The notes under the pieces are model-generated. The model saw only the letters and a program-made list of their open reading frames with translations, did no database searches and was not told the DNA's origin. 52,890 nucleotides of DNA from Opitutia bacterium (GTDB lineage Bacteria > Verrucomicrobiota > Verrucomicrobiia > Opitutales > T3Sed10-336): assembly GCA_050506795.1 (NCBI GenBank), contig JBJHCF010000039.1:1-52890 (forward strand). The letters are read 5' to 3'. Every line of letters starts with the position of its first letter. The first letter of the stretch is position 1. Shown here piece by piece: positions 28,214 to 37,546 of this stretch. A program made the position numbers and the translations under genes.

Positions 28214-29368
28214 TCAGGATTCCATTTGAGAGGCCGTGGTAATCAATTCCCGGATACGCCGGTAATCCTCGTCGCTCAGAGTCCGATTCAACGAGAATCG
28301 CAGACGACTCGATCCCTCGGGGACAGTAGGCGGACGGACGGCGCCAACCCGAAGACCCTGCGCGGAAAGGCGGGCGGCCAGGGCCATGGTTTCGTCGGCG
28401 CCGCCGACCGCGAGCGGCACGATCGGTGAGTCGCCCGCGGGCACCTGCCAGCCGTCGGCTTTGAGAGATTGACGAAAAGCCGACGAAGCCGCATGCCAGC
28501 GAGGCTGCTCTACCGCCAACTCCCGGCAGCGTTCAATCGCGGCGACGGCCGCCGCCGCGCAGGCCGGAGCCAGGTAGGTGGAGTAGATGAATTCACCGGC
28601 GGTATTGATCAGGTATTCGCGCAGGCATGGATCGCGAAACAAGGTGTAGGCGCCCTGCGATCCAAGGGCTTTCCCCAGGGTTCCCACGATCACATCGGCG
28701 GCTTCGTCCGCCCCGGAATGACTCAGGAGACCGGCGCCATTGGGACCGTACCAACCGGTGGCGTGGGCTTCGTCCACGATCCAGAAAAAGCCGTGCCTCG
28801 CTTTCAGATCGGCCATGGCGCTCAGATCGGGATAATCTCCGTCCATGCTGAACACAGACTCCGTCACCACAAAAACTGTGCGATCCGATGGAATGGCTTT
28901 TTCCAGAAGGGATTCCAGGTGATTGAGGTCCAGGTGACGGTACCGCTGCAGTCGGGCGCCGCTTTGCAGAATGCCGGAGATCATGCTGTGATGTACCAGC
29001 CGGTCGGCCAACACCAGATCGCCCTTTTGCGGCAGGTATCGCAGAACGGCCTGGTTGGCAGTGAAGCCGCTGGTCCAAATGAGTGCGGCGGGAACCCGGT
29101 GCCGGGAGCAAAGAATTTCCTCCAGTTCCCGGTGGGGTTGAGTGTACCCGGTGATAAGCGGGGAGGCCGACGAAGACGCTCCATAACGGCGGGTGGCCGC
29201 GCAGGCGGCGTCGATGACCGCCGGATCCCTTGCGAGAGCAAGGTAGTCGTTACCCGCCAGGTTCAGGGTGGCTTCCGCCGTATCGTAAACACTGATACGA
29301 CGGAGCAAACCGGATTCCCGGCGAGCCGCCAACGCGGCGGCGATCCGTTGATAGGGCTCCGGGTTCAA
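28214..29368 (-). CDS. bioF: 8-amino-7-oxononanoate synthase
   Basis: NDYLAL, TESVFSMDGD, DEAHA, TLGKALG, RPPTVP. Confidence 0.95.
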   Translation of the reverse strand: MNPEPYQRIAAALAARRESGLLRRISVYDTAEATLNLAGNDYLALARDPAVIDAACAATRRYGASSSASPLITGYTQPHRELEEILCSRHRVPAALIWTSGFTANQAVLRYLPQKGDLVLADRLVHHSMISGILQSGARLQRYRHLDLNHLESLLEKAIPSDRTVFVVTESVFSMDGDYPDLSAMADLKARHGFFWIVDEAHATGWYGPNGAGLLSHSGADEAADVIVGTLGKALGSQGAYTLFRDPCLREYLINTAGEFIYSTYLAPACAAAAVAAIERCRELAVEQPRWHAASSAFRQSLKADGWQVPAGDSPIVPLAVGGADETMALAARLSAQGLRVGAVRPPTVPEGSSRLRFSLNRTLSDEDYRRIRELITTASQMES

Positions 29369-30090
29369 TGCGTTTTCAAGCCATTCCGCCGGGAAGCGAC
29401 GGAAACCGCGGTTGACGAGATAAGCGTCCGGTACCAGGCGATCACGCGATCGCCTTCTTCCGGCGCCTCGGCCTCAAACCCCAGATGAAACACCGGGTTT
29501 GTTTCGTCGCCCGCGACTCCATCCCGGTTGGCCTCGCGGACCGCGCGGTCGACCGGGATATTTTCATTGAGCCAAAGCGAATACCCGAGCCTTTTTCCTT
29601 CGGCGTAGAACGCAGTCAAACGTGCCTGGTTAATGGCGCCGAGTCGATCCGGAACAACCAGGATAACGTGCGCGCCCGGCAGCGCCGCGGCGAAGTCTGA
29701 CCAGTCACTGCCGTCACGGCCCAGGGGCACCGCCAGGCCCCCGGCGCCTTCGATCAGACGCCAATCAGAGGCCGGCAATCGGTCGATTTCGGCCAGCAAC
29801 GTATCCGCTTCCAGGGCAGCTCCGGCCCGTTGCGCCGCGGCCAGGGGAGCGAGCGGTTCGGGAAACCGACGAAGGGTATGGGTTTCGACCCGAATACCGT
29901 CGGATCGCGCCGAACGGGCGTAGGCCGCGGCGCGGTCGGCATCGCCGTCATCGCCCGCCGTCACACCGGTTTCCACCGGTTTGACAATCTGCACGGATTC
30001 GCCGGAAAGCGGCAACAGGGCCGCCAGGAGACCGGTCACCCGGGTTTTCCCGATGCCGGTGTCGCTGCCGGCAATGAATAACGTGCGCAT
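29365..30090 (-). CDS. bioD: Dethiobiotin synthase
   Basis: GSDTGIGKT, KPVETG, IEGAGGLAVP, LGAIN. Confidence 0.93.
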   Translation of the reverse strand: MRTLFIAGSDTGIGKTRVTGLLAALLPLSGESVQIVKPVETGVTAGDDGDADRAAAYARSARSDGIRVETHTLRRFPEPLAPLAAAQRAGAALEADTLLAEIDRLPASDWRLIEGAGGLAVPLGRDGSDWSDFAAALPGAHVILVVPDRLGAINQARLTAFYAEGKRLGYSLWLNENIPVDRAVREANRDGVAGDETNPVFHLGFEAEAPEEGDRVIAWYRTLISSTAVSVASRRNGLKTH

Positions 30091-30121
30091 CGCTAATCGA
30101 CGGAAATCGGGGGAAACCTAA

Positions 30122-31129
30122 TCAGGTGGCCAGCGAGGCCTCGGCGGTTTTTTCTTCCGCCTGGCGATGAAACTCCCGCGCCTTTTCCGGATCCAGGGGA
30201 TGAAGTCCCAACTGGTTGAGCAGTCGAAAATCGTCCGACTTTTCCGGGTTGGGCGTGGTAAGCAGTTTCTCGCCAAGGAAAATACTGTTGGCGCCGGCGA
30301 GGAAACAGAGCGCCTGGGTCTCCGCGCTCATGTCCGTCCGGCCGGCGGACAGGCGCACGATGCTGCGGGGCATGAGAATGCGCGCGGTGGCAACGATCCT
30401 CACGAATTCAAACGAGGAGACCGGGTCGACCTTTTCCAGCGGGGTGCCAGGCACCGGCACCAGGGCGTTGATGGGAACCGAATCCGGGTGTGGGTCGAGG
30501 TCCGCCAGTTCCTTGAGGAGCTTGAGCCGATCCTCGGTGCTTTCGCCCATGCCGAGGATTCCGCCGGCGCAGACTTCCAGGCCCGCCTTGCGCACGTTCT
30601 GGAGAGTGGCCAGGCGTTCGTCGTAGGTGCGGGTGGTGATGATTTCCGGGTAAAACTCGCGGGACGTATCCAGATTGTGGTTATAAACCGCGCACCCGGC
30701 GTCTTTTAGCCGCACGGCCTGATCCTCGCGCAGCATACCCATAGTGCAGCACACTTCCAGACCGAGGTCGGACACCTCGCGCACGGTCTTGAGCACCGAA
30801 TCGAATTGCGGGCCGTCGCGAACGTCGCGCCAGGCGGCGCCCATGCAAAACCGTGACGCGCCTCCGGCCTTGGCTTCGACGGCCTTGCCCACGACGTCCT
30901 CCACGTCCATCAGCGGTTCCACTTCTACCTCGGTTTCGTAATGGGCAGACTGCGGACAGTAACTGCAATTCTCCGGGCATTTGCCGGTCTTGATCGACTG
31001 CAAGGTGCAGAGCTGGACGCCAGCCGGATCCTGGTGCCGCTGGTGCTCCTGCTGGGCCCTGAAAATGAGCGTGGTAAAGGGGAGATCGTAAATCTCCCGG
31101 ATTTCTTCGAGGCTGTATTTTTTATGCAT
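30122..31129 (-). CDS. bioB: Biotin synthase
   Basis: CPENCSYCPQS radical-SAM motif, RFCMGAAW, YNHNLDT, RLSAGR. Confidence 0.97.
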   Translation of the reverse strand: MHKKYSLEEIREIYDLPFTTLIFRAQQEHQRHQDPAGVQLCTLQSIKTGKCPENCSYCPQSAHYETEVEVEPLMDVEDVVGKAVEAKAGGASRFCMGAAWRDVRDGPQFDSVLKTVREVSDLGLEVCCTMGMLREDQAVRLKDAGCAVYNHNLDTSREFYPEIITTRTYDERLATLQNVRKAGLEVCAGGILGMGESTEDRLKLLKELADLDPHPDSVPINALVPVPGTPLEKVDPVSSFEFVRIVATARILMPRSIVRLSAGRTDMSAETQALCFLAGANSIFLGEKLLTTPNPEKSDDFRLLNQLGLHPLDPEKAREFHRQAEEKTAEASLAT

Positions 31130-31160
31130 GTTGGCAGATGGGTGAAGGTTGTCGGTGATG

Positions 31161-31271
31161 GGTTCTTTGTTCTAAGTTCCTGGTTGCTGATCGCTTGTAG
31201 CGCCCTGCTTCAGCGGGCGAACCGTCGTGCTAAACGGAAGGCAGGACGGAGATTCCTGGTTGTTAGTTCTA
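31161..31271. repeat. GTAG-type REP-like palindrome flanked by degenerate heptamer repeats
   Basis: GTAG-CGCCC-T-GCT-TC-AGC-GGGCG at 31197-31219. Heptamers GGTTCTT/TGTTCTA/AGTTCCT/GGTTGCT precede it and GATTCCT/GGTTGTT/AGTTCTA follow it. Confidence 0.5.
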
Positions 31272-31295
31272 GAAGGCGATGGTTATGGAAACGAA

Positions 31296-32702
31296 TTACT
31301 CGGGAGAAACTCCGGATGTGTTTTTTCGGGTGTGAAGGGCGTCTTCAAGGGCGGCGGCGGTGCGGTCGATCATCTGGTGAATTTCCTCTTCAGTGATGGA
31401 GAGTGGGGGAACGAGCAGAAGAGTGTCGTGTATCGGGCGCAGAAGAAGACCGTGATCGCGGGCGCGCAGCGCCACCTGGATGCCGAAGCGTTCCGGGAGG
31501 GGGAAGGGAGTTCCGGATGCCGGATCCAGTGCCAGGTCGATGGCGGCGCAGAGACCCCGCTGGCGAATGGCGGCCACTCGGGGATGGCCCTCAAAACGTT
31601 GCGCAACGGCCCGGCCGAAAGCCGCGGATTTGCGGGCGAGATCGCCCGAGGCGATCATGGGTTCGAGTTTTTCGATGCTTGCCAGCGAAACGGCGGCGGC
31701 GAGGGGATTTCCGGTAAAGGTGTGACCGTGAAAAAAGGCGCGGAAACTCTCGAAGGGCCCAAGGAAGGTTTGGTAGATCGGCTCGCGCACCACGGTGGCG
31801 GCGAGCGGCAGGTAACCGCCGCTCAATCCCTTGGCCAGGCAAAGAAAATCCGGTGTGACCCCCTCCTCGGCGCAAACCAGCATCGGCCCGGTGCGTCCAA
31901 AGGCCACAAACACCTCGTCGAGGATCAGGTGCACGGAAAACTCGTGACATAGGGCGGCGACCTCCTTGAGAAACCCCGGAGGGTGCAGGCGCATGCCCGC
32001 GGCGCCCATGACCGACGGTTCCATAATCAGGGCGGTGACCTTCTCCGCCTGCTTTTGCAGGAGTTTGCGGAGCAGATGCAGGCTCCAGCGGGCGTTGGCG
32101 TGACGCACCTCGCCGGCACATTCCTCGCATTCCGGACGCGGGAGTTTGATGGTGTTGAAGAACCAGGGACGAAACCGCCGGTGAAAGGTCCGCGAATCGC
32201 CAACCGCCATGGTAGCGACGGTGTCGCCGTGGTAAGCGTCGCGCAGACCGATCACGCGGTCCTTTCCCCGGTGTCCACGGAGCTGCCAGAACTGCAGGGA
32301 CATTTTCAATGCGATCTCCACGGCGTTGGCGCCGGTGTCGCTGTAGAAAACGCGGTTGAGGTCCCCCGGGGAGATTTCAGCAAGTTTTCGGGTGAGGCGG
32401 GCGCCGACCGGGTGACTCAGCCCCAACATGGTGGAATGGGCCACTTTGCCGAGTTGGGAAGTAATGGCGGCATTGAGGTCGGGGTCGTTGTGCCCGTGAA
32501 TATTTGTCCAGATCGAAGCGGTGGCGTCGAGATAATGCCGGCCTTGAGTGTCGGTCAACCAGCACCCCTGTCCCGACTCGACATGAATCGGCGGAAACCG
32601 CAGGTACTCCTCCATCTGCGAGAAGGGATGCCAGCTGTGTTCCCGGTCCCAACGAGTGAGATCGGCGTCCGAAATCGGAACGGCTGCGGTTTCCGTAACC
32701 AT
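31296..32702 (-). CDS. bioA: Adenosylmethionine-8-amino-7-oxononanoate aminotransferase
   Basis: WHPFSQM, AVEIALKM, YHGDT, ILDEV, AKGLSGGYLP, HGHTFTGNP. Confidence 0.95.
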   Translation of the reverse strand: MVTETAAVPISDADLTRWDREHSWHPFSQMEEYLRFPPIHVESGQGCWLTDTQGRHYLDATASIWTNIHGHNDPDLNAAITSQLGKVAHSTMLGLSHPVGARLTRKLAEISPGDLNRVFYSDTGANAVEIALKMSLQFWQLRGHRGKDRVIGLRDAYHGDTVATMAVGDSRTFHRRFRPWFFNTIKLPRPECEECAGEVRHANARWSLHLLRKLLQKQAEKVTALIMEPSVMGAAGMRLHPPGFLKEVAALCHEFSVHLILDEVFVAFGRTGPMLVCAEEGVTPDFLCLAKGLSGGYLPLAATVVREPIYQTFLGPFESFRAFFHGHTFTGNPLAAAVSLASIEKLEPMIASGDLARKSAAFGRAVAQRFEGHPRVAAIRQRGLCAAIDLALDPASGTPFPLPERFGIQVALRARDHGLLLRPIHDTLLLVPPLSITEEEIHQMIDRTAAALEDALHTRKNTSGVSPE

Positions 32703-32736
32703 GGTCGGAAAGGGTTTTACGGAGCCGCGACGGATA

Positions 32737-32766
32737 TGTTAAGCAGAAAGTGTAATTTGGTTAACA
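32737..32766. promoter_or_regulatory. BirA-type biotin operator
   Basis: TGTTAAGC-N14-GGTTAACA, about 35 bp upstream of bioA; fits the TGTwAACC-N14/15-GGTTwACA consensus with one mismatch. Confidence 0.75.
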
Positions 32767-32779
32767 ATTGGCGCCGGCT

Positions 32780-33463
32780 TCACAGCTCCAGGCTCTCGCC
32801 GGGAGCCAAAATGGCGGCTTCGGCGCCGGCGCGGGAGGCGCCTTGTGCGAAAACTTTGGTGTCGGCAGCGATCAGCGGCCAGGTGTCGTAGTGCATGGGA
32901 ACGACCTGTTTGGGACCGAGGAAATTGATCGCTTCGACGGCGTCATCCACACCCATAGTGAAATTATCGCCGATTGGAAGCAGGGCCAGATCGATATAGT
33001 GCTGTTCCCCAATAAGTTTCATGTCCAGGAAAAGGCCGGTGTCGCCCGCGTTATAGAGGGTTTTTTCTTCCGCCATGATAAGCAATCCGACGGGATTGCC
33101 CATGGCTATTCTCCCTTCGGGAGTCGCCAGGCTGGAACCGTGATGCGCGATGGTGAATTTCACCTTTCCGAAGGGGAAAGCATGCTGGCCGCCGATGTAC
33201 ATGGGGTGCGTTTTGAGGCCCTTGCCCTCGAAGTAGTCTGCGATTTCGGCATTGGCGATGATGGTGGCGTCGTTGGCCCGGGCGATCGCCTCGGTGTCGC
33301 CCACGTGGTCGTTATGGCCGTGGGTGAGCAGGATGAAATCACAGGTCACGTCCTCTGGTTTGACCGCGGCCTTTTCGTTGCCGGAAAGAAACGGGTCCAT
33401 CAGGAGTCGGTGGCCGCCGGTCTCGAGGAGAAAGGCGGAATGTCCGTAGTAGGTGAGTTTCAT
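32780..33463 (-). CDS. Metal-dependent hydrolase, UPF0173/metallo-beta-lactamase fold
   Basis: YGHSAF, THGHNDH, GDTGLF, PMHYDTW. Confidence 0.9.
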   Translation of the reverse strand: MKLTYYGHSAFLLETGGHRLLMDPFLSGNEKAAVKPEDVTCDFILLTHGHNDHVGDTEAIARANDATIIANAEIADYFEGKGLKTHPMYIGGQHAFPFGKVKFTIAHHGSSLATPEGRIAMGNPVGLLIMAEEKTLYNAGDTGLFLDMKLIGEQHYIDLALLPIGDNFTMGVDDAVEAINFLGPKQVVPMHYDTWPLIAADTKVFAQGASRAGAEAAILAPGESLEL

Positions 33464-33820
33464 CAGATATCCTCGTTTGGGGCCGCAGGCGGCCAATTCC
33501 TCATAATTTGACTAAGAAACACGCTATTGTTCAAGCCGGCCGAAAGCAATCCTTCCCGAAAAGCAATTTTCTTGTGAGAATCGTTCCCGGGAGCGTCGGA
33601 TTCTGGAAACGCCAGCGCGTCAGTTGGATTATCCGCTATATTAAAAAGTTGAAGATAAATGACTTGTAGAATTTATCTTGAATTACTGAAAATAGTGGTT
33701 TTACGGTAACATGATGCCGGTTGTTTTCGGTCAACAAAAGGTTCGTCCAGTATCGACCACGATTTCTTCCGCCTTTGCTGGAATAGATTTGGTTATGGTG
33801 TCTCTTATTTTACGGAACTC

Positions 33821-33849
33821 GGAACATTTAGTGATAGATATAAGTCCAT
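33821..33849 (+). promoter_or_regulatory. Possible RpoE-type autoregulatory promoter
   Basis: GGAACAT-N16-GTCCAT ending about 21 bp before the sigma start codon. Confidence 0.45.
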
Positions 33850-33870
33850 AACCCAAAAATCGGATTTCTT

Positions 33871-34473
33871 ATGACAACCAAAGCGGATGAAGTAGCGGCG
33901 GACAAACTTCTGGTGGAGCGCTTTAAGAGTGGCGATCAGTCGGCATTCGACGAAATGGTCCTGCGCTACTGGGATAGAATTTTTGTGATGGTGAAGCAGC
34001 TTCTGGGCAACTCGGAGGATGCCGAGGAAGTGACCCAGGACGCCTTCGTCCGTGCCCACCGGGGATTGGAGAATTTCCGTGGGGATTCAGCGTTTTCCAC
34101 CTGGCTTTACCAGATCGCGACCAATCTGGCGCGGAACAAGTACTGGTACTGGTGGCGTCGGAAAAGGGATAAGAGCATCTCCTTTGATCAGCCGCTTTCC
34201 GAACAGGGAGATATCACACTCGCCGACGTTTTCCCGGCTGAGGTGCAGACGCCAAAAGAAGAGACGATTACCAGGGAATTTGTTGACCGTATCGGAGAAT
34301 GCATGCAAATGTTGAACACCAAGCATCGTGAAGTGCTGGTGTTGCGTAACGTGCAGAATCTTTCCTACGAGGAGATCGCGGCGATTCTGAACATCAGTGT
34401 GGGTACCGTTAAGAGCCGTATTGCCCGGGCTCGAAACGGATTAAGGGAAAAAATGGGCAGAGAGTTTCTATGA
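33871..34473 (+). CDS. ECF sigma factor, RpoE-like
   Basis: DAEEVTQDAF, FRGDSAFSTWLYQIA, SYEEIA..GTVKSRIARAR. Confidence 0.93.
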   Translation: MTTKADEVAADKLLVERFKSGDQSAFDEMVLRYWDRIFVMVKQLLGNSEDAEEVTQDAFVRAHRGLENFRGDSAFSTWLYQIATNLARNKYWYWWRRKRDKSISFDQPLSEQGDITLADVFPAEVQTPKEETITREFVDRIGECMQMLNTKHREVLVLRNVQNLSYEEIAAILNISVGTVKSRIARARNGLREKMGREFL

Positions 34474-35102
34474 TGAGCAATAAAGAGTTTCTCGAACTAC
34501 TCAACCTCTACATAGATCAGGAAATTTCTCCGGAAGATCGCGAAATTCTGGAGAGGGAGATCGGGTCAAACGAAAGTCGCTTGGCCATGTTCAACGAGTA
34601 TGTCCGCCTGCAGCAGGCGACCGAAAAGCTCTTCAATCATTTTCGCGACAATCTGACCGAAACGGTCGATTTAAAAAAATACCAGATTCTTTCCCGCGAT
34701 TCCCAGCAGCGCCTCGTTCTGGGCTCTCTCTACAGTGCTGCCGCCGTCCTGGTGGCCTGCATGAGCATTTTTGCCGCCACCCGGATCCTCTCCGACCCGA
34801 TGGGCGCTTCCCAGGCTCAGGCGATCGATCCCGAGGCGACGATGGATCGAATTGACGTCGAAGTGATCGCCGAAGGCGGGCTGCAGCGCGGCGCTCGCGG
34901 TTTTCTCCCGGGCACCGGGCCCGGAAGTATTCTTCCCGCATCCATGGGTTGGGTTTTTGCGGATTTCCCCGAATTCCCGGAATCCTTTGGTACGGGAGTC
35001 GAAAGGGAGATGTTTAGCCGCAACGGAAATCGGGTATTCCAGAGCACCAGTCCGTTTGAGTCGCCTTCACCGGATCACGTGTCCTTCCAGTTTCAACGCT
35101 GA
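34470..35102 (+). CDS. Probable membrane anti-sigma factor
   Basis: Overlaps the sigma stop; ASD-like start (LLNLYIDQEISPED) without Cys/His ligands; one TM helix. Confidence 0.7.
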   Translation: MMSNKEFLELLNLYIDQEISPEDREILEREIGSNESRLAMFNEYVRLQQATEKLFNHFRDNLTETVDLKKYQILSRDSQQRLVLGSLYSAAAVLVACMSIFAATRILSDPMGASQAQAIDPEATMDRIDVEVIAEGGLQRGARGFLPGTGPGSILPASMGWVFADFPEFPESFGTGVEREMFSRNGNRVFQSTSPFESPSPDHVSFQFQR

Positions 35103-35185
35103 GTTGCCCCGCTGGCCCTGAGAGGATCGACCGTTGCTTCCCGGGACGGGGTTCTACCGCCCTGCAGGTTGAACGCAACGGACTA

Positions 35186-35794
35186 TCAGTTTAGCGCGCG
35201 CCGGATCAGATCTTCCGTGGCCGCGTCGGCGCCCAGTTTTTCCCGGGCCTTCCGCAGCGCCTTATCGGCTTCAGTCGGTTTATAGCCCAACGAGACCAAT
35301 GCCAGGAGCGCATCCTGATAGGCGGAATGCACCTCGGATCCGGTGGCGGCGGAAATGGCCGGACCGCCCGGCGCGGAATGAGGGGTCAGGACCCCCACCT
35401 TGTCTTTCAGCTCCACCACCAACCGTTCGGCGGTTTTTTTACCAATCCCCGGACAACGGGCGAGCAGGGCGACATCACCGGAGGCGATGGCCGCGCGCAG
35501 GGAATGGAGGGAAAGCTTGCTCATGAGCGACAGCGCCACTCGTGGACCGACGCCGGAGACCTTTTCCACCAGCAACTGAAAAAAATCGCGCTCCTCGGCG
35601 GCGGAAAACCCGTAAAGCGTCTGGGAATCCTCGCGGTAGACGACGTATGTGTGCAGGTGGACGGTCTGCCCGAATTGAGGGAGCTTCTCCGCGGTTGTTA
35701 CCGGGATATGCACCTCGTACCCCAGACCGCCGCATTCGATCACCGCCTTCAGGGGCGTGGAGGCGGCCAGAATTCCTTTGAGACTGACGATCAT
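35186..35794 (-). CDS. ruvA: Holliday junction branch migration protein RuvA
   Basis: GLGYEV, REDSQTLYGF, VSGVGP, PGIGKKTAERLVVELKDK. Confidence 0.96.
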   Translation of the reverse strand: MIVSLKGILAASTPLKAVIECGGLGYEVHIPVTTAEKLPQFGQTVHLHTYVVYREDSQTLYGFSAAEERDFFQLLVEKVSGVGPRVALSLMSKLSLHSLRAAIASGDVALLARCPGIGKKTAERLVVELKDKVGVLTPHSAPGGPAISAATGSEVHSAYQDALLALVSLGYKPTEADKALRKAREKLGADAATEDLIRRALN

Positions 35795-36531
35795 GTCGGT
35801 TTCCCGATTTCCAGCACATCACGCATGTCGTAAATGCCCGGGGACCGATCCATTACCCACTCCGCGGCTCGAATCGCGCCATTGGCGAAAACCGACCGGT
35901 CGCTGGCGCGGTGGGTCAATTCCAGGCGTTCGCCTTCGCCGGCAAAATACACCGTGTGATCTCCGACCACATCGCCTCCTCGGAGGGCGTGCACGCCGAT
36001 TTCCCGTTGCGGACGTTCACCGGTCAGACCCTGTCGCCCGTGACGAATTGCCTCTCCGGTCAACCCGTTCGCTTCCTTGAGCACCTCGATCAATCCTTCG
36101 GCGGTGCCGCTGGGAGCGTCCTTCTTATGCCGGTGATGCATTTCCACGACCTCGGCGTTGTAATCCAGACCGAGTATGCGGGCCGCGGTCGCCGTCAGGT
36201 GGTAAAGAAGGTTCACGCCGATGGAGAAATTCCCGGCCCAAACGACTGGAATGGGAGCAACCGCTCGCTGGATGGCGGCCCTTTCCTCGGCGGTATGACC
36301 GGTGGTGCCGATAACCAGAGGTCTTCCGGCGACGGCCAGGGCTTCAGCCAGGGGAAGGGTGGCGTTGTGAAAACTGAAATCGATGGCCACATCGCATCCC
36401 TTCGCGGCTGGTTCGGGAGCGTCCCCAAGATCGAGCGCCGCCGTGATTTCATGACCCGAAGCGATTGCCGAGCGTTGAATTGCCTGGCCCATGCGACCCT
36501 GGGCGCCGTTCAAAAGAATTCTAAGTGCCAT
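35791..36531 (-). CDS. dapB: 4-hydroxy-tetrahydrodipicolinate reductase
   Basis: GAQGRMG, GTTG, EMHHRHKKDAPSGTA. Confidence 0.96.
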   Translation of the reverse strand: MALRILLNGAQGRMGQAIQRSAIASGHEITAALDLGDAPEPAAKGCDVAIDFSFHNATLPLAEALAVAGRPLVIGTTGHTAEERAAIQRAVAPIPVVWAGNFSIGVNLLYHLTATAARILGLDYNAEVVEMHHRHKKDAPSGTAEGLIEVLKEANGLTGEAIRHGRQGLTGERPQREIGVHALRGGDVVGDHTVYFAGEGERLELTHRASDRSVFANGAIRAAEWVMDRSPGIYDMRDVLEIGKPT

Positions 36532-36537
36532 GGCGGG

Positions 36538-37440
36538 TCAACGTGTCGCGGAGGCGTGTTCGAGGTTCTCAAGAGTGCGCCAGAGTTTTTCGCGACCCTC
36601 GTCACTCAAGGGAGCCAAAGGCAGACGCACTTCCTCCGACTGGATCAGGCCGGCGCGTTTCATGGCGGCCTTGATTGGCACCGGGTTGCTTTCGATGAAA
36701 ATATCCTGGAATAGGGCGGTGAGCCTCCGGTGCATGGGCAATGCGGCGACAAAGTCGTTGCGCAAGGCCGCGCCGACCATCTCGGCCAGTTCCGAAGTGA
36801 CCAGGTTTGAAGCCACGCTGATAACGCCTTTGGCACCGAGAGACATAAAGGGCAGGGTGAGGCCGTCGTCGCCGCAAAGCACGGTCACCGAATCACCCAG
36901 CTCCGAAACCAATTGGTCGACCCGGGCGCAGGAGCCTCCGGCCTCTTTGATGTGGTTTACATGCGGGTAACGGGACCGCAGTCGCGCGACCGTGTCGACG
37001 CCGATTTCAATTCCGCAACGGGAAGGTATCGAGTAAAGCACGATCGGTTTTTCCGTGGCCTCGGCGATGGCGGAAAAATGGCGAAAGAGGCCCTCCTGGG
37101 TCGGTTTGTTATAGTAGGGCGCCACGTGCAGAAAGCCGTCCACCCCGGTTTCCTCCGCCAGGCGGGTAAGGTGGAGCGCTTCCGCGGTTGAATTCGATCC
37201 CGCGCCGGCGATCACCGGAACCCGGCCCGCCGCCGTTTCCACCACGCACCGGATCGCGTGGATTTGTTCCTCGAAATTCAGGGTGGAAGCCTCTCCGGTG
37301 GTGCCGACCACGGCCAAACCGTTGACTCCGTCCGCGATCTGCCGCTCGGCAATGGCAGCCATGTCTTCGGGAGAAAAGGCTCCGTTGTTAAAAGGAGTGA
37401 TCATGGCGGTCATCACCCCGGTGAATTGTACTGCGCTCAT
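36538..37440 (-). CDS. dapA: 4-hydroxy-tetrahydrodipicolinate synthase
   Basis: GTTGE, PYYNKP, IKEA, NPVPIK. Confidence 0.96.
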   Translation of the reverse strand: MSAVQFTGVMTAMITPFNNGAFSPEDMAAIAERQIADGVNGLAVVGTTGEASTLNFEEQIHAIRCVVETAAGRVPVIAGAGSNSTAEALHLTRLAEETGVDGFLHVAPYYNKPTQEGLFRHFSAIAEATEKPIVLYSIPSRCGIEIGVDTVARLRSRYPHVNHIKEAGGSCARVDQLVSELGDSVTVLCGDDGLTLPFMSLGAKGVISVASNLVTSELAEMVGAALRNDFVAALPMHRRLTALFQDIFIESNPVPIKAAMKRAGLIQSEEVRLPLAPLSDEGREKLWRTLENLEHASATR

Positions 37441-37546
37441 AAATTCGACTTTTCCTGTAAATACCTACCAGTTGAGAATTGCCATTTGCCCGGAACCCGG
37501 GCTTATTGGCCTTTTTGCAAACTTCAACCGTTTAGAGCATTAACAG

